Part shown: positions 35,780-45,637 of the stretch, piece after piece
How positions within the stretch are numbered: the first letter of the stretch is position 1
How the letters are laid out: each line of letters starts with the position of its first letter
From: an uncultured Chryseobacterium sp.
GTDB taxonomy: Bacteria; Bacteroidota; Bacteroidia; Flavobacteriales_F; PHOS-HE28
Reading direction: 5' to 3'
NCBI GenBank assembly: GCA_964649165.1
Contig: CAZYPC010000007.1
Location: 10,557-74,556 of the forward strand
DNA length: 64,000 bases
Notes under the pieces: generated by a model
What the model was told of the DNA's origin: nothing
Seen by the model: only the letters and a program-made list of their open reading frames with translations
Database searches by the model: none
Position numbers and translations under genes: made by a program

Positions 35780-37441
35780 ATGCGCTACTTTTCTTTGCTC
35801 CTGTTCGGTTCGTGCAGCACGTTGGCACCGGCGCAATGGACCAGCGATACGCAAGCGAACACCTCCGTGCGCAGCGGTGCGGGCATCGATGCGGCCACGC
35901 CCTTGATGAGCGATGGCCCTGATGGGAGCACCTACGTGAGCTGGTTCGACAACCAGCCCGGCGGCTACCAGTTGCGCATGCAGCGGCTGGATGCGAACGG
36001 CTACCGGCTCTGGGCAGAAGAGGGCCTGTTGGTGAGCGACCACCCGCAGAACAGTGCGCTGTTCCGGTACGACCTGAAGTCGGACCACGCGGGCAACGCG
36101 ATCGTGGCCTTTCAAGATGAGCGCAGCGCGCACCTGGACATCGTGGTGTACAAGATGGACCCTGCCGGGAACCAACTCTGGGGGGAAGATGGCATCGCGC
36201 TCACCGACCCGGCCTCCACGCAGGGGCTGGCGCCGGTGATCGGGGTGCTCGTTTCCAACGAAGTGGTGATCGCCTGGAACGCCGATGACGGCTCGGACAA
36301 ATGGGTGGCGGTGCAGCACCTGTTGGAAGACGGCACGCTGCCTTGGGCCACGCCCTACGCGATCACCGGGCCGGATAAATACTCCCGGCCGAAGGTGATA
36401 CCCACGAGCGACAACGGGGCCTTCGTGCAATACGTGCGGGAGGTGGGCAACTTTCCCTACACCTGCACCATGCATGCCCTGCGCGTGGACGGGAACGGCA
36501 ACGTGACGGGTGATGTGGCGGTGTCCACCAAGACCATCAGCGCCTTCTTCTTCCCAGAACCGGTGACTGATGGACACGACGGGTTCTACGTGCCGTTCAC
36601 CACCGGCAACCCGGACAACGCCGCGCTGAGCGATGCGTACGTGCAGCGGGTGCGGGCGGACTTCAGCGCGTGGAGCGCGACGGGCACGGAACTGCTCACA
36701 GGCACCGGCACACATCGTTTCAGCGGCGGGCTGGCGTTGATGAACGACATCATGGGCCTGCTGGCCCCGGTGAAGGTGACCAACACGGGGCAAAGCGAGG
36801 GCGGCTGGAGCGTGCAGGGGCTGGACACGGCCGGAACCGTGCAACTCGGCCCCACCGGTGTGGAGGTGGTGGCCTCCGGCGCGCAGCTGGCCACACCCGA
36901 CGGCGTAGCGAGCACGGGCGACGGGTGCATCGTGGTATACAGCGAGGGCGGCTTCGGCCAGGAACACGTACACGCCACACGCCTGGGCTACCAGGGCAAC
37001 CAGGTATGGGGCGGCCCCATCGCGGTGTGCTCGGCGAACAGCAACAAGGATGATGCGGCCTGCGGGCGGTTCGGGAACGACGGTCAGGTGGTGGCAGTGT
37101 GGCAGGACGACCGGATCGGGTCGGGGATCTATGCGCAGAACATCTCGAGCGAAGGCAGCACCGGACCGACAGCCATCGCGGATCCGGTAGCCAACGGTTC
37201 CAGCTTACGGCTACTGGCCAACCCTTCGGTGAACGCGGTGCTGCTGTTCGGCGAAGGTGCGGTCGGGCCGCGCTTGATCACGACGTTCGACGCGGCGGGC
37301 CGGACCGTGGGGAGCGAGCGCATGACAGCGGCCGCAGGAGCGGGTATCGCATTGCGCACCGGGCACTTGGTCAGGGGTGTGTATACCATCCGGGTGGAAG
37401 CGGCTTCAGGGATATGCTTACTGCGCTGGGTCAAGGAATGA
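35780..37441 (+). CDS. Secreted hypothetical protein with T9SS C-terminal domain
   Basis: Track ORF is 35756..37441. Start moved to ATG 35780 (MRYFSLLLFGSCSTLAPAQ). CTD-like tail LRLLANPSVNAVLL...GVYTIRV. Confidence 0.75.
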   Translation: MRYFSLLLFGSCSTLAPAQWTSDTQANTSVRSGAGIDAATPLMSDGPDGSTYVSWFDNQPGGYQLRMQRLDANGYRLWAEEGLLVSDHPQNSALFRYDLKSDHAGNAIVAFQDERSAHLDIVVYKMDPAGNQLWGEDGIALTDPASTQGLAPVIGVLVSNEVVIAWNADDGSDKWVAVQHLLEDGTLPWATPYAITGPDKYSRPKVIPTSDNGAFVQYVREVGNFPYTCTMHALRVDGNGNVTGDVAVSTKTISAFFFPEPVTDGHDGFYVPFTTGNPDNAALSDAYVQRVRADFSAWSATGTELLTGTGTHRFSGGLALMNDIMGLLAPVKVTNTGQSEGGWSVQGLDTAGTVQLGPTGVEVVASGAQLATPDGVASTGDGCIVVYSEGGFGQEHVHATRLGYQGNQVWGGPIAVCSANSNKDDAACGRFGNDGQVVAVWQDDRIGSGIYAQNISSEGSTGPTAIADPVANGSSLRLLANPSVNAVLLFGEGAVGPRLITTFDAAGRTVGSERMTAAAGAGIALRTGHLVRGVYTIRVEAASGICLLRWVKE

Positions 37442-37464
37442 TCCGGCAGGCGAACCCGACCCGT

Positions 37465-37472
37465 TACTTTCG
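37465..37472 (+). promoter_or_regulatory. Candidate -7 box TACTTTCG
   Basis: GTTACTTTCGCC lies 18 nt upstream of ATG 37491. Same context as at 7976. Confidence 0.35.
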
Positions 37473-37490
37473 CCCGACCGGACACCCCCC

Positions 37491-38162
37491 ATGAAATTCT
37501 TCATCGACACCGCGAGCCTCAGCCAGATCAAGGAAGCCCAGGAGTTGGGCATACTGGATGGCGTGACCACCAACCCGAGCCTGATGGCCAAAGAAGGCAT
37601 CAGCGGCGACGAGCGGGTGATCCAGCACTACCTGGACATCTGCCACATCGTGCCTGGCGACGTGAGCGCCGAAGTGATCAGCACTGACTTCGCGGGCATC
37701 GTGCGCGAAGGCGAGAAGCTGGCGGCGTTGCATCCGAACATCGTGGTGAAGGTCCCCATGATCCGGGACGGGGTGAAAGCCATCAAACACTTCAGTTCGA
37801 ACGGCATCAAAACGAACTGCACGCTCGTGTTCAGCCCGGGCCAGGCGCTGCTTTGCGCGAAAGCGGGGGCCACTTACGTGAGCCCGTTCATCGGCCGGCT
37901 CGATGATGTGAGCACGGACGGCGTGGCCCTGATCGCTCAGATCCGTCGCATCTATGACAACTATGGGTTCGGAACGCAGGTGCTGGCCGCGAGCATCCGG
38001 CACGCCATGCACATCATCCAGTGCGCCGAAGCCGGAGCCGACGTCGCCACCTGCCCATTGAGCGCGATCACCGCCTTGTTCGAGCATCCGCTCACCACGA
38101 TCGGGCTGGAGAAATTCCTGGCCGACCACAAAAAGGCCGCCCAAAAGACGGCGAAGGCCTGA
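37491..38162 (+). CDS. fsa: Fructose-6-phosphate aldolase / short transaldolase family protein
   Basis: Track ORF is 37377..38162. Start moved to ATG 37491 (MKFFIDTASLSQIKEAQELGILDGVTTNPSL). 223 aa, with the Schiff-base lysine context VVKVP. Confidence 0.9.
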   Translation: MKFFIDTASLSQIKEAQELGILDGVTTNPSLMAKEGISGDERVIQHYLDICHIVPGDVSAEVISTDFAGIVREGEKLAALHPNIVVKVPMIRDGVKAIKHFSSNGIKTNCTLVFSPGQALLCAKAGATYVSPFIGRLDDVSTDGVALIAQIRRIYDNYGFGTQVLAASIRHAMHIIQCAEAGADVATCPLSAITALFEHPLTTIGLEKFLADHKKAAQKTAKA

Positions 38163-38197
38163 GGCGCTCGTTCCGGGATCCGAGCGAAAGACGGACG

Positions 38198-38818
38198 ATG
38201 CTTCTAGCGATCCACCCGAAAGATCCGGAGCCCAGGAAGATCCAGCAGGTACTCGATCTGTTGAATGATGGCGCCGTGGTGGTCTGCCCGACCGATACGG
38301 TCTATGCCTTCGTCTGCAGTGCCGAGCGATCGGGAGCGATCGAACAGGTGGCGCGCTTGAAGGGTGCCAAACCGCAGAAGGCGGACCTGTCCTTGATCTG
38401 CCAGGACCTGAGCCAGCTGAGCGTCTACGCGCGTGCCGTTCCCACCTCGGCGTTCCGCATCATGAAGAGCGCCTTGCCAGGACCGTACACCTTCATCGTT
38501 CCGGCGAGCAACGAGATCCCGCGCATCTTCAAGAACAACAAGCGGACCGTCGGGATCCGCGTTCCCGCGCATCCCGTACCGATCGCCTTGGTACGGGCAC
38601 TGGGTCATGCTCTGGTATGTGCCAGCGTGCACGGGTCCGATGTGTTCCTGGAACATGCCTCGGACCCGGAGTTGATCCACGATCAGTTCGGCTACCAGGT
38701 TGGTGCAGTGATCGATAGTGGGGCAGGCGGCCTTGAAGGCAGCACGGTGATCGACCTCAGCGGTGATGAACCGCAGGTGCTGCGCGAAGGCAAAGGGACG
38801 ATCGAAGATCTCCTCTAG
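38198..38818 (+). CDS. Sua5/YciO/YrdC family protein, YciO-like (would be annotated as L-threonylcarbamoyladenylate synthase family)
   Basis: Start moved to ATG 38198. PTDTVYAF, LSLICQDLSQLSVYA, PGPYTFIV and KRTVGIRVP parallel E. coli YciO (FTLMCRDLSELSTYS, PGNYTFIL, RKTIGMRVP). Confidence 0.85.
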   Translation: MLLAIHPKDPEPRKIQQVLDLLNDGAVVVCPTDTVYAFVCSAERSGAIEQVARLKGAKPQKADLSLICQDLSQLSVYARAVPTSAFRIMKSALPGPYTFIVPASNEIPRIFKNNKRTVGIRVPAHPVPIALVRALGHALVCASVHGSDVFLEHASDPELIHDQFGYQVGAVIDSGAGGLEGSTVIDLSGDEPQVLREGKGTIEDLL

Positions 38819-40329
38819 CTGGAAGCCCGGATCCGCCTCCATGCCAAGGGGAGGGCATCGACCAGATCTCCCGGCAATATCCCGTCCATGCCCGACGCTT
38901 CGGCGGCGATGTCCCCGGCCAGGCCGTGCGCATACACACCTAGCACAGCGGCGGAAACAGGTTCCGATCCTTGCGCCAGCAGACCGGTGATGATACCCGT
39001 GAGTGCATCGCCTGAACCGCCTTTGGCCATGCCGGGATTACCCGAAGGGTTGAAATAGACCGTGCCGTCCGGGGAGCAGATGGCGGTGTTGGCTCCTTTC
39101 AGGACGAGCACGATACCGAACCGGACGGCGAACGCACGCGCCTTGGCCAGACGCTCAAAGCCCGTTGCGGACTTCTCCGTCAGCCGATCGAACTCCTTCG
39201 GGTGGGGCGTGAGGACGGTACGCTTCGGTAGGAAGGCCAGCCAGGTGCGGTTCTCGCTGAGGATGGTCAGCGCGTCCGCGTCCAATACCAAGGGTGCGAT
39301 GGCTTCTTGGATAAACCGTTTCAGCATCGAAGCCGCCTCGTCTCCCGTACCGACACCTGGACCGATCCCGATGGCGGAGAAGCGCGTTCGTGCATTGCCC
39401 GATACGCTTTTTCCGAACGGATCTTCCAATGTCATCGCTTCAGGTAGGGCGACATTCATAACGATCTGCAGATCCGCAGGAAGTCGCACGGTGATCAACC
39501 CGACGCCGGAACGCGCGCAGGCACGGGCTGCCAGCACCGCCGCACCCGCCTTGCCCGCACGCCCCGCCACCACCATCGCATGGCCGAAGGTGCCCTTGTG
39601 CCCGACGCGCGGACGATCAGGCATCAGTTCACGCACGTCAGAAGCCTCCATCAGCAGGTCCTTTGCTCCCAACCCCTCAATGAAGTCGCGGTCCAAGCCT
39701 ATCGGCAGGCGATGCCATTCGCCCACGTAAGCTCCGTTCTCAGGCAGCAGCAAGGCCAGCTTCGGCACCTCGAACGTGAGGACATGATCCGCGCGCACGA
39801 TAGCTCGTTGATCGTTCCCGGTGTTGTCCTCTGCAAAGAGACCGGAGGGTATGTCGATGGCGACAACCTCGTTCTTCCAACTGTTCACGCCGACCACCAC
39901 GTCCTTCAGCCAACCTGCGATCGGGCGATCCAAGCCGAAGCCCAGCAAGGCATCGATCACCACCTCATCTTCAGAAGGTACCGGGGGGATCGATCCGACA
40001 GGCATATCAAGCATCTCCGCCGAAGTACCGTTCAGGCGATCCAGGTTCGTTTGGGCATCGGGAGCCAGGACCGATCGGTACCTAAAGAGGCAAGCGTGGA
40101 CCTTTGCGCCCTCATCCGCCAACAGCCGGGCTATAGCTAGCCCATCACCGCCGTTGTTGCCGCAACCGGCCAGCACACGGAAGCACGCGCGGGCCGAGTA
40201 GCGCTCCAAGAGCCAATGGCTCGCCGCCCGCGCAGCACGTTCCATCAGATCGATGGAAGCCACGGGTTCATGGGCTATCGTATGCGCGTCCGCTTGGCGC
40301 AATTGCCCGGCAGTGAGTACAGGGATCAT
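38815..40329 (-). CDS. nnr: Bifunctional NAD(P)H-hydrate epimerase / ADP-dependent dehydratase
   Basis: Start moved to ATG 40329 (MIPVLTAGQLRQAD). N-terminal YjeF_N motif GCGNNGGDGL. C-terminal carbohydrate-kinase-like motifs GIGPGVG and KGGSGDALTG. Confidence 0.9.
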   Translation of the reverse strand: MIPVLTAGQLRQADAHTIAHEPVASIDLMERAARAASHWLLERYSARACFRVLAGCGNNGGDGLAIARLLADEGAKVHACLFRYRSVLAPDAQTNLDRLNGTSAEMLDMPVGSIPPVPSEDEVVIDALLGFGLDRPIAGWLKDVVVGVNSWKNEVVAIDIPSGLFAEDNTGNDQRAIVRADHVLTFEVPKLALLLPENGAYVGEWHRLPIGLDRDFIEGLGAKDLLMEASDVRELMPDRPRVGHKGTFGHAMVVAGRAGKAGAAVLAARACARSGVGLITVRLPADLQIVMNVALPEAMTLEDPFGKSVSGNARTRFSAIGIGPGVGTGDEAASMLKRFIQEAIAPLVLDADALTILSENRTWLAFLPKRTVLTPHPKEFDRLTEKSATGFERLAKARAFAVRFGIVLVLKGANTAICSPDGTVYFNPSGNPGMAKGGSGDALTGIITGLLAQGSEPVSAAVLGVYAHGLAGDIAAEASGMDGILPGDLVDALPLAWRRIRASS

Positions 40330-40371
40330 CGCACGCCGAAAGTATTCTGGATGCACCTCCTGATTGGATCC

Positions 40372-40404
40372 AAAAGAAGAAGCCCCCGCCTTACGGCAGG
40401 GGCT
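40372..40404 (-). terminator. Rho-independent terminator of the OMP gene
   Basis: On the minus strand: AGCCCCTGCC GTAA GGCGGGGGCT (one mismatch) followed by TCTTCTTTTG. It begins 20 nt after the stop at 40425. Confidence 0.55.
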
Positions 40405-40424
40405 CCTGAATAAAGTGACTTCGC

Positions 40425-41315
40425 TTACTGGAAGTAGAAGTTCACGTTGATCGACGCACCGCTGATGCCGGTATCGATGGTGAAGCTGCTGGTCTTGTCA
40501 GCAGTTTCATCTCCGCCCGTGCCCTCAACCGTGATCGACTGCACACCATTGGAAGCGGTGTTGAAGCTCTCCGAAGTGGTCTCGCCGATGCCTTGGCTGC
40601 TCAGACCGAGCCCCCAGGAAACTTCGCCACCGATGGAGATCTTGGGAGCAGCGAACCACTCCACACCTGCGAAACCGAACAGCGCGATGCCGAAGGTGGA
40701 ACCGTTCTTCACTTCGGTAACACCAGCACCTTGTCCGAACACGTTAGCGTTCAGGGTGTTCTGGGCGCTCAGCGCATTGCCGTACTCGTAGGTCGACTTG
40801 CTGCTGCCGATGGAGAAATCCAGTTCAGCACCATAGACACCCACAACGCGCGTGCTGCCAACACGCTTCTCGAGGCCAGCACCCAAGGTGATGCCCAAGT
40901 AGCTCAGCTTCTCCGTGTCGTCCACTTGTGCGAGCGGGGTCGGCGGAGGGGTCGGCTGCGGATTGGCGTTCACCTGCTCCGTGCGCTTCTGGCTGCCGAA
41001 GCCGATACGAACACGACCGCGGTAAGCGGTGTTGGCGTCGATCAGCTTCTTACCACCGATCACGATCCCTTTGTTCGCACCACCGAACGTGGTACCGGGT
41101 CCCCAAAGCGAGTTCAGCGCGATGGTGTTGTTGTTGGTGCCGTTGTTGAACAAATTGCCGGCATAGTTCAGAAGAGGCTGGGCATCGAACGTGAGGCCCC
41201 AATCCCCGTCCTGAGACAGCCAGTTCTCACCCTTCGCGCTGGTGATCTCACCCGTTTGGGCGGACGCAGCCGATACGGTGAAGATCGCTGCGGCGAACAG
41301 TACAGTCTTCTTCAT
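40425..41315 (-). CDS. Outer membrane beta-barrel (porin-like) protein
   Basis: Track ORF is 40425..41426. Start moved to ATG 41315 (MKKTVLFAAAIFTVSAASAQ). Gly/Asn/Thr-rich amphipathic strands. C-terminal aromatic residue in the tail INVNFYFQ. Confidence 0.75.
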   Translation of the reverse strand: MKKTVLFAAAIFTVSAASAQTGEITSAKGENWLSQDGDWGLTFDAQPLLNYAGNLFNNGTNNNTIALNSLWGPGTTFGGANKGIVIGGKKLIDANTAYRGRVRIGFGSQKRTEQVNANPQPTPPPTPLAQVDDTEKLSYLGITLGAGLEKRVGSTRVVGVYGAELDFSIGSSKSTYEYGNALSAQNTLNANVFGQGAGVTEVKNGSTFGIALFGFAGVEWFAAPKISIGGEVSWGLGLSSQGIGETTSESFNTASNGVQSITVEGTGGDETADKTSSFTIDTGISGASINVNFYFQ

Positions 41316-41392
41316 GTTGAACGTTTTGGTTTGACGTGTTTTTGCGTTGTTGAAAGCGCCTTTGACCGGTCGAAAGTACCCGAAGGCGGCGG

Positions 41393-41400
41393 CAAACTTA
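41393..41400 (-). promoter_or_regulatory. Exact -7 box TAAGTTTG with upstream TTG
   Basis: The minus strand reads CTTG-23 nt-TAAGTTTG. The box ends 77 nt upstream of ATG 41315. Confidence 0.4.
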
Positions 41401-41528
41401 TGAACATTCTCCAGACATATGCACAAGTAACTGTCGATCGGGAGAAATCTGCGTTCGTCGTCCTCTTCGGCGCACTGGTCGCCCTGAAAGGCGCGGCGAA
41501 AGTAATGGGATAGTTGTACCGGACAACG

Positions 41529-42188
41529 TCAACCGTCAGCTTTATGTGCAAGCATGGGCACGAAGCTGAAGCCTCCATGTTCCTGACGTTCAAAGGAATC
41601 TGGTCCGGTCCGGATCAAAGTGCACATCACCTGCCTTCCTTCAGAACCGATCGGGATGACCAGTATTCCGCCCAGCTTCAACTGACCTGGCAGGTCGGCT
41701 GGTAGTTCCGGGGCACCACAGGTCACAATGATGCGATCGAACGGTGCGTGTGCCGGGAGCCCCTTGTACCCATCACCATAAATGAGATTGGCCCGGTAGC
41801 CCAACTTCTCCAGCCGTTGCTTCGTGGCCAAGTGAAGCGGTCGATGGCGCTCGATGCTGAACACCTTCGCACCGAGCGCGCACAGGACCGCCGTCTGATA
41901 ACCGCTGCCCGTTCCGATCTCGAGCACCTTATCGCCCTTCCTGACCTGTAGCAATTGGGTTTGGAACCCAACGGTGTAGGGCTGGGAGATGGTCTGGCCG
42001 CAGGCGATGGGGAACGCCTGGTCGGCATAGGCCAGGCGCAGGAAGGCACTGTCGTCGATGAAGAGGTGCCGCGGTATCGTACCGATGGCCTGAAGGACGG
42101 CGAGGTCCGAGATGCGCTTTCGCTTCAGTTCGTCCACCAATTGCTTGCGCATGCCTTGGTGGCGGTAGTCGTCAACAGGTCGGGACAT
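41529..42188 (-). CDS. pcm: Protein-L-isoaspartate O-methyltransferase
   Basis: Track ORF is 41529..42278. Start moved to ATG 42188 (MSRPVDDYRHQGMRKQLVDEL). SAM-binding motif VLEIGTGSGYQTAVL. Confidence 0.9.
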   Translation of the reverse strand: MSRPVDDYRHQGMRKQLVDELKRKRISDLAVLQAIGTIPRHLFIDDSAFLRLAYADQAFPIACGQTISQPYTVGFQTQLLQVRKGDKVLEIGTGSGYQTAVLCALGAKVFSIERHRPLHLATKQRLEKLGYRANLIYGDGYKGLPAHAPFDRIIVTCGAPELPADLPGQLKLGGILVIPIGSEGRQVMCTLIRTGPDSFERQEHGGFSFVPMLAHKADG

Positions 42189-42283
42189 GGTGGAGGCGCG
42201 CCGCGGTGCGATCAGAAGGGGGTGATCATCGGCTGAGGGCGAAGCTATCCGCGGTGCTGGGCAGCTTGAAAACCTCATCCGTC

Positions 42284-42291
42284 TACTTTTG
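42284..42291 (+). promoter_or_regulatory. Exact -7 box TACTTTTG
   Basis: 10 nt upstream of ATG 42302, which would give a very short leader. Confidence 0.4.
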
Positions 42292-42301
42292 CACGCCTTT
42301 C

Positions 42302-43297
42302 ATGGAAAAACGACTTCGCATTGGCGTGCTGGGCGCCGGCCACTTGGGACGGATCCACGTCCAACAGGCCTTGGAAGTGGGTGAGTTGCAAGTCGTGGGC
42401 ATCTATGACCCGCACCCGGAGAAGCGGGACGCGGTGGCTGCGGAATTCGGGATCCCTGTTTTCGCTAGTGCGGAAGCGTTGATCGCCGGAACGGACCTTG
42501 TCGACGTGGTCACCCCTACCCTCGCCCATCACCTATGCGCCAAGGCAGCGTTGGAGGCTGGCCGCCATGTCTTCATCGAAAAGCCGCTGACGCACACATT
42601 GGAGGAAGGGCGCGAACTGGCAGCACTCGCCGTGCGCTCGGGCCTGAAGGTGCAGGTGGGTCATGTGGAGCGGTTCAATCCCGCGCTCCGAGCGGCCTTG
42701 CCCTCCTTCCACCAGCCCATGTTCATCGAGACCCATCGCCTGGCCCAGTGGAACCCGCGCGGGACCGATGTGAGCGTCGTGCTCGACCTGATGATCCACG
42801 ACATCGACATCGTGTTGCACGTGGTGGGTCGGCCAGTTTCGCGGATCAGCGCGAGCGGTGTAGCCGTGGTGAGCGATACCCCGGACATCGCCAATGCGCG
42901 CATCGAGTTCGAAGGCGGCTGTGTGGCCAACCTCACGGCGAGCCGCATCAGCTTGAAGAACATGCGCAAGAGCCGGTTCTTCCAGCGGGACGCGTACATC
43001 AGTGTGGACATGCTGGACAAGAAGACGGAGATCGTGCGCATGCGGCCCGTGGACAAACCTGATCCTTTCGCGGTGAGCATCGATCTGGGGCATGGCCGTG
43101 GCCATCGGGAGATCGCCTTCGACAAGCCGGAGATCCCGGCCGTGAACGCGATACGCGAGGAACTGCGATCGTTCGCCCGGGCTTGCCAGGAGAACCGCGC
43201 TCCCGAAGTCCCGATCAGCGATGGTCTCGCCGCGTTGGAGACCGCGCACGGGGTCCTGGATGCCATGGCAACGATGAGCCTTTCAACCCCACACTGA
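42302..43297 (+). CDS. Gfo/Idh/MocA family oxidoreductase
   Basis: Track ORF is 42206..43297. Start moved to ATG 42302 (MEKRLRIGVLGAGHLGRIH, Rossmann motif). EKP motif (VFIEKPL). Confidence 0.85.
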   Translation: MEKRLRIGVLGAGHLGRIHVQQALEVGELQVVGIYDPHPEKRDAVAAEFGIPVFASAEALIAGTDLVDVVTPTLAHHLCAKAALEAGRHVFIEKPLTHTLEEGRELAALAVRSGLKVQVGHVERFNPALRAALPSFHQPMFIETHRLAQWNPRGTDVSVVLDLMIHDIDIVLHVVGRPVSRISASGVAVVSDTPDIANARIEFEGGCVANLTASRISLKNMRKSRFFQRDAYISVDMLDKKTEIVRMRPVDKPDPFAVSIDLGHGRGHREIAFDKPEIPAVNAIREELRSFARACQENRAPEVPISDGLAALETAHGVLDAMATMSLSTPH

Positions 43298-43330
43298 TCG
43301 GTGCGGCACACACGTTCAATAGGTCACGGA

Positions 43331-44194
43331 ATGTCGTTACGCGCCCTTCGCTTGTCGGCGGTGCGGTGCGCCCCGCTGCTTTTCGTGCTGCTGTGCTCTT
43401 GTGAAAAGGACGGCAGCACGCCTTCGTTCGTGCGCATCCTTGAACCCAAGGCGCGGGCGGCCTATGGTTCTGAGGTGGTACCGTCGGCCATCACGGACAT
43501 GTGGGTGTTCGCGAATGATGAGGCTATCGGGGTCTGGCAGGAGAACCGCAGGATCCCGGTTCTGTCCGAAGGAAGCACGAACATCAAGATCGTTGCCGGC
43601 GTTCGGCGCAACGGCATCACCCAGGACCGCATACAGTATCCGTTCTATGCCACCTGGTCCCAGGACGTCAACCTGACCCTGGGGCAAGAGACCGTGTTAA
43701 ACCCGGTATTCTCCTGGTACGCCGAACCTATCTGGGAGGAAGGCTTCGAGACTTCCGGCTTCCAATTCGACTTCAGCGATTTCGGCTTGGACATGGAATT
43801 CGTCACCGACCCGGACGACGTGCTCCGGGGCCAGCGATCGGCGGCCATCGTTCTTGACTCGGCGCATACCCAATTCAGGGCGGTCACCACGGCGGCCCCG
43901 ACATTCCCGAACGGCACCGCTGCCACGTTCCTGGAGTTCGATCATAAGAGCGACACACGGTTCGTTGTGGGTGTGAAATATGACCTGAACGGACAGTTCT
44001 TCACGGTGCCGTACGTGGTCGTGAACCCGACAGGAACGACCGGCTTCGCTCAACCCTGGAAGCACATGTACATCGACCTATCCTCTGCGTGGGGAACGGG
44101 CGGTACGGTGGATCGCCAGTTCTACATCGAAGCGCAACTCGAGGGAGCAGAGAACGCACGGATCGTTCTGGACAATATGACGGTACATCACTGA
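43331..44194 (+). CDS. Hypothetical lipoprotein
   Basis: Track ORF is 43301..44194. Start moved to ATG 43331 (MSLRALRLSAVRCAPLLFVLLCSC lipobox). Sits between the oxidoreductase and sugar transferase genes. No domain recognised. Confidence 0.65.
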   Translation: MSLRALRLSAVRCAPLLFVLLCSCEKDGSTPSFVRILEPKARAAYGSEVVPSAITDMWVFANDEAIGVWQENRRIPVLSEGSTNIKIVAGVRRNGITQDRIQYPFYATWSQDVNLTLGQETVLNPVFSWYAEPIWEEGFETSGFQFDFSDFGLDMEFVTDPDDVLRGQRSAAIVLDSAHTQFRAVTTAAPTFPNGTAATFLEFDHKSDTRFVVGVKYDLNGQFFTVPYVVVNPTGTTGFAQPWKHMYIDLSSAWGTGGTVDRQFYIEAQLEGAENARIVLDNMTVHH

Positions 44195-44198
44195 CCGG

Positions 44199-45614
44199 AT
44201 GAACAAGCGCGCCCAAGTAGCCAAGTATGTGGTGGCCGACCTGGTCTCCGCTGCCGTGGCTTGGACGCTCTTCTACCTCTTCCGCAAGCTGTACATGGAG
44301 CCGGCCAAATTCCACTACAGCGTGCCCGTTGCGTTCGACACGAACTACTGGTCCGGCCTGGTGCTCATCCCCGTCTTCTGGTGCGGCCTGTATGTGGTGA
44401 TCGGAGGGTACACGGACATCCTGCGCCGCTTCCGGATCAAGGAACTCGGGCAAACGCTGCTGATCTCTTTCATCGGTACACTGGTCATCTTCTTCGTGTT
44501 GTTGCTGGACGACACGGTCGCGAACTTCCGCTACTACTACCGGTCGTTCGGGGTGCTGTTCGGGCTGCATTTCCTGTTGAATTTCATCCTGCGTTTCATC
44601 CTCACCAGTCGCACCGTCCGTCGCGTGCACGGCCGGGAGATCGGGTTCAACACCCTGCTGGTGGGCGGCAACGAACGCGCGGTGGCGATCCATCAGGAGA
44701 TCGAGGGCATGCCGAAGAGCCCGGGCAACCGGTTCATCGGCTTCGTGAGCGTGAACGGCGGGGATCAACAGCTCACCGGCGTGGGCCTGAAGCGCCTCGG
44801 CAAGTGGAACGAACTGCGACCGCTCATTGCCGAACATCAGGTGGAGGAAGCCATTATCGCGGTGGAGAGCGGAGAGCACGAGCACATCAGCCGGATCATC
44901 AACGAACTGGAGGGCACCCAGGTGCGCATCAAGATCATCCCGGACATGTACGACATCCTCAGCGGCAGCGTGAAGATGACGAGCATCTTCGGCGCGCCGC
45001 TGATCGAAGTGAACCCGCAGATCATGCCGGCATGGCAGTTCGCGTTGAAGCGGGCGTTCGACATCACCTTCAGCCTCACCGCGCTGCTGGTGCTCTTCGT
45101 TCCGATGTCCATCATCGCCCTGTTGGTGAAATTGAGCTCCAAGGGCCCCGTGTTCTTCCGCCAGGAGCGCATCGGCTTGAACGGCCGGCCGTTCCACATC
45201 GTGAAGTTCAGGAGCATGGTGCACAATGCGGAGAGCCAGGGCCCTCAGCTGAGCCACTCCTCCGATCCCCGGATCACGCCCATCGGCCGTTGGTTGCGTC
45301 GCATCCGCATGGATGAGCTACCGCAGTTCTGGAATGTGCTCAAGGGCGACATGAGCCTGGTGGGTCCGCGGCCCGAGCGGCAGCACTTCATCGATGAGAT
45401 CACCAAGGTGGCCCCGCATTACCGCCACCTCCACAAGGTGCGTCCGGGCATCACCAGTTGGGGGCAGGTGAAGTTCGGCTACGCGGAGAACGTGGAGCAG
45501 ATGCTTCGCCGCCTGAAGTATGACATCCTCTACATCGAGAACATGAGCCTGGCCGTGGACCTGAAGATCCTGGCGTACACGGCGCTCATCGTACTGAAGG
45601 GGGATGGGAAATAA
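44199..45614 (+). CDS. Polyprenyl-phosphate glycosyl-1-phosphate transferase (WbaP/exopolysaccharide sugar transferase family)
   Basis: N-terminal TM segments. C-terminal bacterial sugar transferase motifs KFRSM, DPRITPIGRWLRRIRMDELPQFWNVLKGDMSLVGPRP. Confidence 0.9.
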   Translation: MNKRAQVAKYVVADLVSAAVAWTLFYLFRKLYMEPAKFHYSVPVAFDTNYWSGLVLIPVFWCGLYVVIGGYTDILRRFRIKELGQTLLISFIGTLVIFFVLLLDDTVANFRYYYRSFGVLFGLHFLLNFILRFILTSRTVRRVHGREIGFNTLLVGGNERAVAIHQEIEGMPKSPGNRFIGFVSVNGGDQQLTGVGLKRLGKWNELRPLIAEHQVEEAIIAVESGEHEHISRIINELEGTQVRIKIIPDMYDILSGSVKMTSIFGAPLIEVNPQIMPAWQFALKRAFDITFSLTALLVLFVPMSIIALLVKLSSKGPVFFRQERIGLNGRPFHIVKFRSMVHNAESQGPQLSHSSDPRITPIGRWLRRIRMDELPQFWNVLKGDMSLVGPRPERQHFIDEITKVAPHYRHLHKVRPGITSWGQVKFGYAENVEQMLRRLKYDILYIENMSLAVDLKILAYTALIVLKGDGK

Positions 45615-45637
45615 CCCAGCACCCGCGAGACCCGCCC

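Noticed and set aside
35036-36973. 645-aa minus-strand ORF
   Set aside because: It is antisense to three plus-strand genes with clear features: the end of the Reg_prop protein, the YdjM-like hydrolase and a T9SS cargo gene. The composition is junk-like (R/A/G/H/P rich) and no domain is recognisable.
44001-45257. 418-aa minus-strand ORF
   Set aside because: Antisense to the sugar transferase gene, which has unmistakable family motifs. The composition is His/Arg/Glu/Asp-rich and low-complexity.
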